Source of the DNA: Bigelowiella natans CCMP2755
Taxonomy: Eukaryota; Protista; Cercozoa
Length of the DNA: 64,000 nucleotides
Reading direction: 5' to 3'
Assembly: GCA_000320545.1 (NCBI GenBank)
Contig: ADNK01001665.1
Coordinates: 23,578 to 87,577 of the forward strand
Both the position numbers and the translations under genes were made by a program. Positions 29,003-44,952 of this stretch are shown one piece after another; positions within the stretch are counted from its first letter, which is position 1, and the number at the start of each line of letters is the position of its first letter. Below the pieces are notes generated by a model. That model was not told the DNA's origin. It saw nothing but the letters and a program-made list of their open reading frames with translations, and did not search any database.

Positions 29003-29756
29003 ATGGGGAACTTCTTATGCAGGCGAATTGATGATGATGAGCTGATATCGGTGCCTTGACAATTCAATTACATCGAAAAGAATGATTCTGGACAGTGGCG
29101 ATGTAGCATATTCGCGACGATCTTCTCATTGTGTCACCATACTCTCTCTCCGGATTTTGTTTTCATACCTCCACCTCTCACGTTTTTTTAATTCTCCTAT
29201 GTTCGCAACAAACAGAAAGAGGTGAAGCTGCCGAATGCACAAGACAAACGTGGGAGGACTTCAGACCCGGAAACTCAAGGTGAAGGTGGTGTGCTGGTGT
29301 GGTATGTTGCGCAAGTGCTCCTACTCTCCGCTTCCCCCTTTCTCTCCCCTGCTGGATTGCCTTTGGTTACCAATTGTAAGTTTCTTCTTCGTTGGCCAAA
29401 ATACTAGGTGCATTGGCCATACAGGCTGCTATTAAGGCTGTCTTGTCAAAGAAGGTTACTCGAGATACGTGCGATCATCTTGCTATGTCAAGTTTCTACA
29501 TCATGCTGCTGCTGCTGCTGTAAGGTTTCTGTACATATTCCGCAGCTATCATTTCAATAAAATGTGGCACCGCGCAGCTGTTACATCTGTTTGCTTTCGG
29601 ATGCTGCAAAGATGCAGTTTACCACAGCACTCCGTAGCCTTCATACAATACTTAATTGCAGGCGTGTGAAAAGATACACAAGAGGCGTACAAGACGAATG
29701 AACGCTGAAACAGAGGTCTCGCACTTACCCTGTTTGGGAAATTCCAAAAAAAAGTC

Positions 29757-29803
<47 letters not shown>

Positions 29804-30567
29804 ATATTGTATCAGCTGTCGCAGAACGAAATAAGTGCTTAGTTTGTTTGAGCGTCGTTCATCTTTGACAGATGTTGGAAAATGAGCGAAAGTATGTCGG
29901 GTACTTGAACATTCTGAGAGATGTTTACCAATATCCCATCGAGGTAGTGACGCAATGGCGAACGTGATGCAGATGCATTCACATCTGATTTGTGTAGATC
30001 TCTATCGTGTGTGTTACTTGCAGTAGCATTGTACGACGAAAACAAGGAGAAGAAGAACAAGAACAAGAACAACACTGCAACTCCCAACATTGCTATCAGC
30101 TAACTCACCATTGTTCAACCCTGCGTCTATTGATGACGACGATGGCGATGATGATGATGATGATAATGAGCGTGCACCCGTTCTAATTACAGGTCTTGGC
30201 AAAGAAAAGAAAGTGGAAATCGGTAGTAATCAAGTGAAATATAGGACGACTAAGGGCTGCTGCTTAATTGAGTATTAGAGAAACAGCAGCCGGAATTGAT
30301 CGATGAGTGCGATGTTCCCTTATGTCTACGATGGATTGATAGGAGAACTATACATTTGCAACTCTGCTGGAAGATGTAAAAGTATGCGTGTGTGTGTGTG
30401 CGTGTGTGTGCGTGTAGATGTATGGCAACGACTGATAACGATGGCACTTCTATTTCAGAATGACATTTCTGGAATTTTTAGCTACTTGAAGCCTATACTT
30501 GACCTTCATCAGGAGACTATCTTACCAGTTAGAATATCCTGATGACGACGATGATGATTCATGATTG

Positions 30568-30600
<33 letters not shown>

Positions 30601-31131
30601 CGATGACGATGATGATTATGATGATGATGATGAGGATGATGATAACTGCATACTTTCACTTCCCTGATGAAGATGGTGGTTGTGGTGGTGGTGGTAGCTC
30701 GATGATTGCGTTGTTATTTCTACTTTAACGGTGACATTTTTGCGTGGGAGTTTCTCTACGATTGTTCTTGAGCAGCTAGTAGCGCGACTATGTGCGTGTT
30801 CGTTCATCTTTGTGGATATTGTGATATCATACTGTTTACCACACCATCACCAACCATATTGTTTGCTTGTGCTTGTGCTGCTGATCGAAGGAATTGGAGA
30901 AGTCATATGCAGAAGGCAAAGGAGTTGCAGCTCCGTTCAACAAGTAGTAACGGAATGAGGATGATGATGAGTTGATGAGTTGATGATAACAGAGGAATGT
31001 CTTCTATGAGTTTAGAGTCATATGAGCTCCTCATCTTAATACGTCGTTTTATGAATAATTGAAGGTACGCGAAGTTCTTTGGAATATATGCACAGTATCT
31101 TCAGAACTACAATCATGCTTGCGACATCTTG

Positions 31132-31166
<35 letters not shown>

Positions 31167-31333
31167 ACGTCTACAACATGAAGGAACGGATGGCTAAATC
31201 AATACATGCTCATGCCAGGCATCGATATAGGACCAAGCACAAGAGATTTCGCACACTCTTAGACACACAAAGAAACGATCCGGTATTCCCCCTCCCCCTC
31301 CCCCCCCCTCCCCCCCCTCCACACACACGCACA

Positions 31334-31368
<35 letters not shown>

Positions 31369-31500
31369 GGAGAGAGAGAGAGAGAGGCATTAGTATAATT
31401 ATTAAGTAAAATTGTTGATCGTACACAGAACACAGGAAGGCGAAAGTTTCAAGATATAGTATCTTACATGATTATGCCTTGTCAGAGAATATCAAGGTAC

Positions 31501-31535
<35 letters not shown>

Positions 31536-32160
31536 TTCAACAGTAGCACCCTGCTGAATAAACAACGACATCTCAAAAAGCTACTGTCAAATAAGTAGAA
31601 TCAATGTGATTTGACATAGATCTGAAATCTAAACCAATTAGCATATCATGTTTTTTTACTTACTCCTTCCCCTTCCCCTCCCCCTCCCCATTCTCCTCAT
31701 CCTCCTCCTGCTACTACTACTGCTGCGACTACGTACGCAGATATCAGCTGCTGCTAATGGAGATTATGAAAAATAGTTTTGAGGAGGAAAATCCAATGTA
31801 AGAGCACATGTCCTTTCACACAATCTTAATAGTTCCCCCCCCCCCCCCTTCCCTCTTCCCTATTTCCCTGATAATATCTCTCCCTCCCTAAGAGTCAAAG
31901 ACCAACAATAACGATACCTTGTTCTTCTATATACTACAATTCAGACGGTATAAGGAGATTGAGTCAGCTCATAACGTTGTGCAGTCCGTGGCCATGAGCA
32001 ATGAGCTGTATCAAAAGAATTCAGAGGATATCACTCGCCTCTTGCAGCTTCAAAACAAGATAAAAGGTGGTAGTAGGAGTAATGATAGTAATCATAGCAG
32101 TAGTTGTAGTAGCTGTAGTAATAAAATGTGTTTAGTATTTTACCCCTCCTCGTTCTTGTA

Positions 32161-32207
<47 letters not shown>

Positions 32208-33456
32208 ACCCACTGACTGGCTCTCCCTCTCTTAGCGCTGTCAATTACCGTTTTCGCTCCCACGAGACGTCTTGTAAAGGAGGGAGAGGCTGAGGTAGTG
32301 CCATCATCATTATCGTCATCATCATTATAGTTGACAGCATCTGTCATATTCGCATTGTAAGCGCATATCGCCTCTCTTAATTTTCACACTTATTCATAAA
32401 AGAGTAGCAGTAGTAGTGGTGATCAAGCACACTTTCTCCTCCTACAACTTCGTTCAATAAAACAATTATATATGATGAGGTATCATTGATAAATTTTTGC
32501 AGGTCGGTATAGCAGATCTGCTCAATCCGACAGAATCGCATCAATATTTCAGCGTAATTCAATGCAACAATTACAACAACAACCACTACTACAACGATGC
32601 TATGATGATAACATAAAACACACTTTGATGAGCACTTAGAAGTGCTGTTAGGTAACAATAAAGAGTCACACAACCTACTACTACGATATATCAAGAATGT
32701 CCAAGAAAATACAAGTCATCACACATAATACACAAACATCAACCCATTATTATATTCATGCTAGGAAAAGATGGAAACAACGAAGAAGATAACCCCGAGC
32801 AAGCTTTATGTGTTTAGTGATCTTATTCTATGGACGAATCTCAAGGTGAAGTCCAGTTTTATGAGCTTGGATGTTGCTATCAAGATGCCGTGAAAGCTGT
32901 CATCTCATCAACTTTGTTCTCTTGGCAAATAATGGGAACTACTAAGCTGTTATTAACATGTGTTCTCCCACTCGAGCGAGAAAAAAGTTATTATTACCAT
33001 TTACTATTCTTCTGCATGTCTATTCGTTGTGCGTATTCATTGTAAAACAGGATGAATATAGCGGCAGCGCTAGCTTGCTTGGAAGTCGATTAGAGGCTTG
33101 TGGAGAGAAAAAGGCCATAGGTGTATTATCTTTGAACAATGACTGCGTTTTAAATGTATTTATATATTTCGCAAACTAGCCAACATTGCCAATAACACCA
33201 CATCATCATCATCATCACCATCATCATTATCAAAATAATACTTGTCATCTTCATTTGTTATCACAGGTGAATCCTTCTACATGATCTTAAAGGATGCTGC
33301 GCTCGTAGGAAAGAAAAACAAGAGAAGGTAACATGTCAAACTGCATCTTTCTTTTCTCTCTTTCTCTTCCGACTGACTCCTCTATCTTTCCGTTCTGAAA
33401 CATGCGTCGTTTGGATTCAGCTATATGCACAAGTGCTGCTATGTCTCACCATCATC

Positions 33457-33490
<34 letters not shown>

Positions 33491-33762
33491 TCATTGTGGT
33501 TGTTGTTGGTTATGTAGAAAGGACACCATGCTGCATGTGTCATTTGGAGGTAAGGTGGGAAGCAGTCAAAAAGGACGAACAACGGGTGAGTAAACACGAA
33601 CACAGACACACGGCAGTTTTTATCATTGCCCAAGTGTCAGCTCCGTCTCTCTAACTTGGAATGATGTCAATTACAGTGGACAAATGGGTGGGGGCCATTC
33701 GCGATGCAATTAGCAGCTGCAACAAAGCAGAAGCTAGTCGGAAATTGAGGACAATGAGATAG
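29003..33762 (+). CDS. Dbl-family RhoGEF (DH-PH) with N-terminal MGNFLC acylation-like motif
   Basis: E|MLENERKYVGYLNILRDVY, NDISGIFSYLKPILDLHQ, YAKFFGIYAQYLQNYNHA, YMIMPCQRISR|YQLLLMEIMK, and PH-like LYVFSDLIL...DKWVGAIRDAI. Confidence 0.88.
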
Positions 33763-35162
33763 ACGATGAAGTTTGCTTTACAAAGTAGTTTAGCTACTAT
33801 GTCATATAGTAACGTGGAGTAACCTAGTGCGTATGTAATATGCGTTAATATGGGGATGGTGATGACGTGCATGACAGCAAGGATGCTGATGATGAGCCTG
33901 ATGTTGCTAGCAATTTGAATGTTCTATTCGTAACACATGCTCTCAGCATTTAGTGCATAGAAAATATTGCCAAATTGAGGAACATGAAAATTTTTTCCAA
34001 ATGTACTCATCAAACTTCTTCCCATTAATATGGTAATCACCGGCGAATGTATGCCCCTACATGCCGAGCAGATCGATGCGATACCTATCGTATATCATTT
34101 GCTATATCATTTGCTGCATTTCCATACATACGATACACACCATCGCGTGCTAGCATGACAAAAGAGCCAAGGCACTCAATGAATTCACAGCACTGGTTGT
34201 TACTGCGGCATTCGACCGATGGTGCTTCTCTTTATTCTGCTAGCTTTGTCCACCGATGCTTGCGTCATCATTTTTACTGGGACACCATGCATTTATCATG
34301 TGAGTATACTACGATACGTGGCCTTGCTGGAGATCTCCGTGCGGCTATACAATACTGCAAGAGAGTATTATTCATGCATTATTTAGATGCATTGCAGGCA
34401 CAATGACATTGCATACTTAGAAACGCCACAATGAATGACATGGATAGTGATAGTACGTACAGTTTAGGGAACGCATCGACTTTCTAGCTTTCTGAACGAC
34501 AACTTTTTTGTTTTATTTGAGATTACATGAATACGTGCACATAGAATGTGATGTACATCTATACACCATTGAAAAAATTTGATTCTTCATCACATCCGTC
34601 TCACATCTATACAACTGTGCTCTATACTTATTTTGTTTGTGGACTTTTTAGTTACTGATCAATATCTGCCATATGATGATGTCTCTAGTAATTGTATTAG
34701 CTCTTCAGATTTCAACAAATCAAAAAGTTTAGATTATCGAGAGAATTGCTAAAATTTACATCTAAATTTGCTGAGAAGAAAATTGGAAGCATTATGCATA
34801 ATCCAACATAAAGACCACGGTATTTCCCTATGACCATCATTATAGAACAACTTCAATATCTATCATTACAGTGTTATCATCATCATCATAATCATCATCA
34901 TCATTGTCGTTGCCATCACACTTTCGAGAAACTATATAATTTTTTCAAATTTACACTTAATGAACGTATAACACGTCGCAACCACTTGTTCTGAATAGCA
35001 GATGATTATGATCTATCTTTGAGGTTATTTCCCCTCTTCATTTGTTAAAGTCCTCTCTCTTCACCTCTCCAATGATAACATTTAGTCTGGTTATATTTAC
35101 TCTTGACTCTTTTTCTTACTTACTAAATACTAGCCTAGCTCAATTGTAATGAAGAAACATCT

Positions 35163-36233
35163 CTATTTCTTCCAGAAATCTTTTCGAACGGAAGTTGCAG
35201 CACTGGAGGTGGAAGAGACCGGAAGCTTTGCTTTCAGTACATGGGGACGACGCACTATGGGGGGGGGTCTCTTTGCCATGTTCTGTCTTTCGTTGATGTA
35301 CTGCCCCAAATTCTCGATAGTAGTTTGACTCAAAAGCTTGGCTAAGGGATTAGCTTGCATCACGATTTTGACGACTTTGCGGAGTATATTTCTTGGTGTT
35401 AAAACAGACACTGAGCGAGGAAAGATGCTACGATAATCAGCCGTTGCTTGTTTAAGTTGTCTACTTAACCATCCTTGGTCCCTCTCTCCTCTTCTCTGTA
35501 CTTGATTTATCTTCTCTAACTCCATCTCTCGGATCTTTGGAACAACTTCTGCAGCGACTCTTGAAGGCTTTGAGACGATGATATTCACCAGAAATTGTCC
35601 TATTGTTGTAAATCATCTTTCACGTATCTCAGGATTGTTCCTACTACTACAACTACTACTACTACTACTACTACTACTAATCATCATCATCATCTTTCAA
35701 TATTATCGACTCGCTGATACTACCAACTCTGCCAAAAGCATCCTCTCCAGACCGCAACAATTCGGTGTCAACGAGACCAGGATTTAGCGTAACTACTTCC
35801 AAATTCTCACAAATAAGAAAAATACGAAAAGAAGAAGAAGAATAATAAACAGACAGTTCTCTTGAATATTGTTGTAATAGAAGAACGAGCAACGACAACG
35901 AAGGAGACAAGTGTGATAGTAGTAGCAGTAAGAATACCGATGTACGCAACTCAGATGTAAGAGAAGATGCTAATTGCCTCACACCTAATCAAAGACAACA
36001 AATAGGAGGAGAGAGCTCATATCTAACATTTATCTTACTGCTACTACTAAGCTTCTCTCTCCACTTCTCGATAATTTTCTCTTCTTTTTTTTTTCTCGTG
36101 CGCCTTCCCCACCCCCTCTTCACCTGCTTTAGTAACACCATATGCAGCGTACTTAGGTGTAGGGTCGCCACCACCACCAGCACCCTAATGTTTATTTATT
36201 AAGCAAATCAACAATGAATCAATCATTAAGCAA

Positions 36234-36312
<79 letters not shown>

Positions 36313-36926
36313 GACGAAGGAGGATGAATAGAGTAGAAATACTGACCTCTAACAAAATGATCATTCCTGGGTCTCCAGATATCCGCATGGATCTTATAGC
36401 CTAAATAATAGTAACAAGAGAGAGAGAGAGAGAGAGAGAGAGTATCATCTGCAATGGTGTAGTTATAGTGTAGTAACAGTAGTACAAAAAGAAGAAGATA
36501 AAAGGAGACTAGCCCTGTAACAGCATTGCAAACCATCCAACATGGCATTTAATGGTATAGCATTCTCTTTGAACCTCCCTCTCCTCCTCTCCGTCTCCTC
36601 ACGTGTGATGATTATTATTCTCGTCAACAATACCTCTCTTGCTGTGAGAAGTGTTCCCATGATATTAGTTGCTGCAACCTCTCGGATAATGGAGGTTGGA
36701 GTTTCTTCAAGCTCTTTGAATAAGTACCCATTCTTGAAAGGAGGAGGAGGGAGGAGAAAGGGGAGAGCAATCAATACTAATGCAACTAAGGAGTCTCTAT
36801 CATCACCAGGAAACAGCCGTATCTTAGTTGTATAGGATTAATTCAAGGCGGGGGGTGTCGCATAGAAGAAGAAGAATTATGATGATCCCATCATATGACC
36901 TCCTCCTCCTCCTCCTCCTTACTCAG

Positions 36927-36995
<69 letters not shown>

Positions 36996-38063
36996 GCATA
37001 AATAACCTAATCCCTTGATTTATTCATTTTTCCTTTTAAGCATATACTACTCACATCCTCTCCCCCTTCTCTCCCTCCCCAATGAATATTAAATGTGCTA
37101 CTACTTACTACCGTCGCAGCGTTACATATCCAGATATCAGCACCCCTGTTTCATATTGATGTATTTACTCACTTGATCATGATAGCAATGATGATGACGA
37201 CGACGATGATGATGATGATGATTATTATTATTACAACGGTGATGATAATGAGGAGACATTTATGGTAATGATGGGATGTTTATGAATCGTTTTGTATTAA
37301 GAGAACGTCGTTGTAGTAGATGATGTAGTACGTTTATTGGCATCTTTTTATCATCCTTCCATTCTCTCATCATCATTACTTATCAAAATGACGTCATTCA
37401 CAGTTTAGAACAAAAAAGGGGCAGGCTGCTAACTACCTACCCCCAAAGATCTTTTGCTTGGTTTGCCAGTCTTAGCAGCTACACATCATATCAGTCCCAC
37501 ATTATCATGACCCGATGAAGATAGCGAGAATACTTATGATCGTGGTGATGATGACGGTAAGAGTCGATAAACCTATACTTGACTCTCTCCCACTCTTTCC
37601 CCTCTCATCATCAACTTGTGATTGAATTAAGTGTAAACTCTCTCTCTATCTGTCTCGGATATAGTAGTATTACATCTTCCGGCTGTGTGACATCACATTT
37701 GGCGCCGGCAATCTAATTCAACAAACAAGGTGAAAGCGTAAGAGCAACATACGATCAAATAGAAATGTGAAGTCAGAGAATATTGTCGCTTCATCTTTCT
37801 AATCCCCTCCCCTCCCCCTTCTACTTGCAGTGATTATGTGATGATACCTCAGATTTCTCCCATCCCTCTCTCAGTGATTTGTAATGATACCTCAGATTTC
37901 TCCCATCCCTCTCTCCTGATTTGACGTTTAATCTGGCTCACAGCTCTTCTAACCATATCACTTTATTGTAAAACACAAGGAGGACATGAATAAAGTACAA
38001 GAAGGGCATAAATAAACAAAAAAATACCCCCCCCCCCCACACACACACACATGATATGTACAT

Positions 38064-38096
<33 letters not shown>

Positions 38097-38419
38097 GTGT
38101 GTGTATGTGTGTGTATGTATGTAACCCATTTCTTGATCCAATTAAGACTTTATCGCCAGCATGGAGAAACTCCTCTGCCAGAGCTCTCCCCTGAAGCAAA
38201 ATAAGACTTTTGATTAGAACAACAAAAGATGATTTCAATGAGTACAATAGAGCAGCTGCGATGTTATATTGAAGGATACTAGGATTTTCCATTGGCAATA
38301 CAAGAAAGAAAGAAAGAGGATTCGATCATAGATGTGCATTTGGATGGTATATTTTAAAATGTTACCAATCCTTTTGTTCCTCCCGTTATCACTACTCTCA
38401 GAGATTGACGTGGTGATTG

Positions 38420-38453
<34 letters not shown>

Positions 38454-39063
38454 ACAGATTCCTAATGTAATTATTTGCAAATTTCGAATATTACTACTGG
38501 ATCTAGTGAGAATGACCATAGTGCATTGTAATAGTAACCGTAGTAGTAGTAGTAGTAGTAGTAGTCAGCAACAAAATAGGAATAGTAAGCTATAGCAGTA
38601 ACAATTTTGTTGACACATGGCATTATAAGTTAGGAAGTTTTTCTTTTGTACCATATTGTAAAATTTACTACTACAGTGGATGATGGGGAAAACGTATCAG
38701 TACCTTCTTGCTGATCTCTGTCGGTATTATCGTAAATTGCTGTTTTTTTCTCTGGTATCCTCGACTTGTAGTAGGTAAGTCCACTGACCGCTGCTGCTGC
38801 TTCTTCGGATTCATAGTATTAGAGAAGAAAAGATGCTTCTGACTCCATGTTCTCATTATCCGCTCTTCAATTCCCTGACGAGACGCTGTGGCTGAGGTGA
38901 GTTGTGATCGGCGAAGTGTCGGAGGAGAAGGCGCTGCAGCAGTCGCAAACAGCAGAGGATGATGTTGATGATGATGACGCGGATTAATAATATACAATAC
39001 TGCCGTCACAGTAATCAGACAGGAAATAATGCCAGCACTCTTTCGCAGCATGAGCATGATCAT
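35163..39063 (-). CDS. Short-chain dehydrogenase, chlorophyll(ide) b reductase NOL/NYC1-like, with bipartite plastid-targeting-like leader
   Basis: GRALAEEFLHAGDKVLIGSRN, AKCDVTQPEDV, DIWICNA, TNIMGTLL, GAGGGGDPTPKYAAYGVTKA (YxxxK), LNPGLVDTELLRSG. Leader is hydrophobic (IISCLITVTAVLYII) then S/T/R-rich. Confidence 0.82.
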
Positions 39064-40228
39064 CACCACACCGTCAGAGAGGGGGAGTGATGATGAGTGG
39101 TTCGGAAGCAGCACCACACCGGAACTGTGTACTAAAAATTAAAAAAGGTCTTCCATTTTATGGGTGCGTCACATGAAAATAATCATTTTAAAAATTATTT
39201 GCCTCCAAAATCCTTCAAAATCCAAATTCTGTCCCGACTTCAAAAAAAGAACAACAAGCACATGAGACAACACGGGCACACATCCATGAAACTGCTACTC
39301 TATTTTCCATGGATGAATCTAGGCAAAATATAGCAAAAATCGTACGTCTGACTCTCTTCAGTAGCTAATTAATGCCTGTTTTAGATCTATCAGAAGAACA
39401 TGCAAGCCTTTCTTTGACGATGCCCAAGAGAAAGAAAGAACCACGTAGCGATCAATGATTGGGTGTGCTTTCAATCACAGAGACAACATTTACCAAGAGT
39501 TATAGTATGAAAAGGATTCACGTACATTGAAAAATTTCAAGCTAATTATGTCTATTTCCTGGATTTTGACGGCAAAAATACAACTACGACAATAGTCTTA
39601 AAAATCCTAGCGTTAATTCCGTCCTAGATGCATAGGCCAAAATTTATTGACATTTGTGAAATTCTTCAGAATTTCAACATGAAATGATGCAGAAGCATAC
39701 CCTGCGACCTATATTAAAGGCCCCTTTCTCGGGTAAATCGTTGTTATGAGAAGAAATAGGGGGTTAGTCCACAAGCTGAGAAAGAATCAGAATAAATCGT
39801 ACCAAAATGCCTGTCTGAGTTTCTTGGGAACTTCAATTTATGCCTTTAAATTCGATGTTGTCGTTGTCAAAAGTATGTAGTCTCATCCATTTTTTAAAAA
39901 AGAATGCATCAAAGAAAATACGTACTCTTATTTTGGGCAGGCCTCGGCAGCCACCCTTTCTCTTTCTTTTTTTTGCATGAATCATTGTTTTGGGACAATT
40001 TTCTAGGTTAATTTCTGGTAGAATGAACAACTTAATATGAGAAAGCAAAGAGATGTTTAATGTGTGATTCACGATCAGCAGTTTACAATAAAATGGAATA
40101 AAATTATTCCAGTGAACATCTTAATTTTATGATCTATTACTACCAGCAATTGGGAGGAGAGGTGCCTCGACCACAGAAACTCTCACAACCATTTATCATC
40201 ATCAGTTGTGGCGCATCTCTTCTTCAAC

Positions 40229-42581
<2,353 letters not shown>

Positions 42582-43335
42582 CGAAGTTAATAGAGTAGTC
42601 GATTGCGAAGAAATATTTGAGCTTGCTAGCTTGTGTTTCATTCATATCTTTGACATGAATTACAATATGCATAATACCTCTGGCTTTCTATTGTTGCTAC
42701 GATCTGGGGAGGTGTACGCATGCGGGTATGTACGTCTGAATATAACGTACTAGAAAGACAAAGCAAACGTGACCGTGCAAGTGTACGTGTACACATCTAG
42801 ACATCTTTAGCATAGCTCTGCTCGGCGATCTAGCGAAGTCTTTATGTGCCATACACTAGTACATCTAGTTGTGAATTAGACATGTGCGTATCATTTAGCC
42901 TCGCATACGTATTATTCCAGCAATATGGTATATGTACTATATATGTATCATATTGCATGTCTATCATATCTGCTAGCCATGCTAGCATGCATGCTTGTCA
43001 CACAGCAGCATGACCATAGCTAGATAGACAACGTAATGTAATATATGTGTAATGCATGTTGTGCATGTCTAGATGTGTGTAACATTCCTGTCTAGCTGTG
43101 TCTGCATTCTAGAGCATGTTATCATGACCACTGCATGCATGCTAGCATGCCATTCGCACGTTTATTCGCACAAGCGCTCCTCAGCATCATTGCTCAAGCC
43201 TAATACTGGCATAGCTAGACGACAGGACCACAAGCATATCACTCGACTTTGAATTCATGTTGCATGGTCTATGCTAATTAGCTAGTATGGATGTGGAGGA
43301 TTTACATTGACAATGAATCCAAACATATATGTACG

Positions 43336-44918
43336 TTAGACTCTTCGTCTTTTTGGGTGGCTTACCAAAGGAGAACTTTGGTACTGCTGTGAGCTCTGTT
43401 TTTTTGATCTCTTGCTATTATATCCTGACACGTTGGTCGATTTGGAAGTGGAAGTAGAAGATGATGATGACAATGGTGCAACATTCCGGGATGCGTTCTT
43501 CGTCGTAACGACGTTAGTTCTTTTAGATTCTGACGAAGTAGCGTTCATCATCCTTGTTGGACTTTTTATTGGCGGCCGAGAGGAAATCGGTTGTCTACTA
43601 CTTTTGGGGCTGGTAGGGGCGGAAAGCACGCCCTCAAAACGAGGAGGAAGCATCTCGATACTTCTACGATGTGGCACCGCATTACCTCCTCCTCCTCCTC
43701 CTCCTCCTCCTCCTCTTTGCTGCTGCTGCTGCTGCTGCTTTGCTTCTGTCTCCATTCCATCTTCCATAGAGATGTAGTCAAACCTTCCCATATAACCAAG
43801 ATAAATGCTGCACTTTTTCCTGATTCTGCCTTTAAATATCGAGGGAGCCATGATAATTTTCTCTCCTTTTGGAAATACTATAATGATTCTCAATTGGAGG
43901 AACATCGCTGCCATTTGCAAGTCAATGTGATCTAGATGACCATTCCGATGTCGTCTCGCTCTTACTTCGATTCCATAAATATTAGCAGTTGCTCTTTTAG
44001 CTACGTTCTCGTACCTAGATATTAGTTCGTCATATTTCCATTTAATATACTTTCGTAACCTTCGAGATGCGTCTTGGGAGGCCGGATCTAAATCATCAAA
44101 ATACTCGTGGAAGTGCTTGGGTGCCTTTGTCGCCATTTGGTGGAGGATGCCTTGCACCGCACATTCATTCAAGTTGCTGGTGTAAGCTTTTAAATGTTTT
44201 TGTAAATTCTCAGCCCTATAAATCCATCACCAGAGAGGAAAAGGTGGAGGAGGAGGCGGGGGGGAGAGAGAGAAAGAGATAGAGAGAGAGATAGGTACAA
44301 ACGTCAATATTTTCATGAAGAAGATGATGAATGGTGCATCCTGTGTAAGTATGGCGGTTGTTGTTCGTTTTTGTTCTCTACATCTTTCATCATTATTATC
44401 ATCATTATCATCATTATCATCATCATCATCATCATTATCATAATCATCATGATACTACTGACTGGTCACTGAGGCATCTTCTCTGAAAGCTCTTTCCAGG
44501 AAGCGGATTCATTTCTTGTTGATTCACGCAATACTCCACATACATCTTATACTGTACAATTCTTATAATCGGCATATCCAGTGAATTAATGATCTGTAGA
44601 AAAGTCTTGATTTCCCCTCTTCCTCCTCCTCCTCCTCCTCCTCCTGATGCTGCTGGTGGTGCTCCTCTTTTCTGTTGAGACCTGCTGCTGCTGCTGCTGC
44701 TACGTCTAGGTGAATGCGGGCTAGGTATAGAGACATCATCATGTGTAGCATAAAGAGACGGGGAAGGAAGAGGAGGAGGGAAATGAAGATTTTGATGATG
44801 ATGAAGCAGCTGATGATGATCATTGTAATCACCTACTGCTGCTACATTTTGCGAAGAAGAATATATCACAGGCTGCCATTCCCCCTTATGTAGAGCTAAT
44901 ACCCAAAATCTATTGTTC

Positions 44919-44952
<34 letters not shown>

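Noticed and set aside
29839-30090. Minus-strand ORF with a signal-peptide-like start
   Set aside because: Antisense to a clear DH-domain exon (MLENERKYVGYL).
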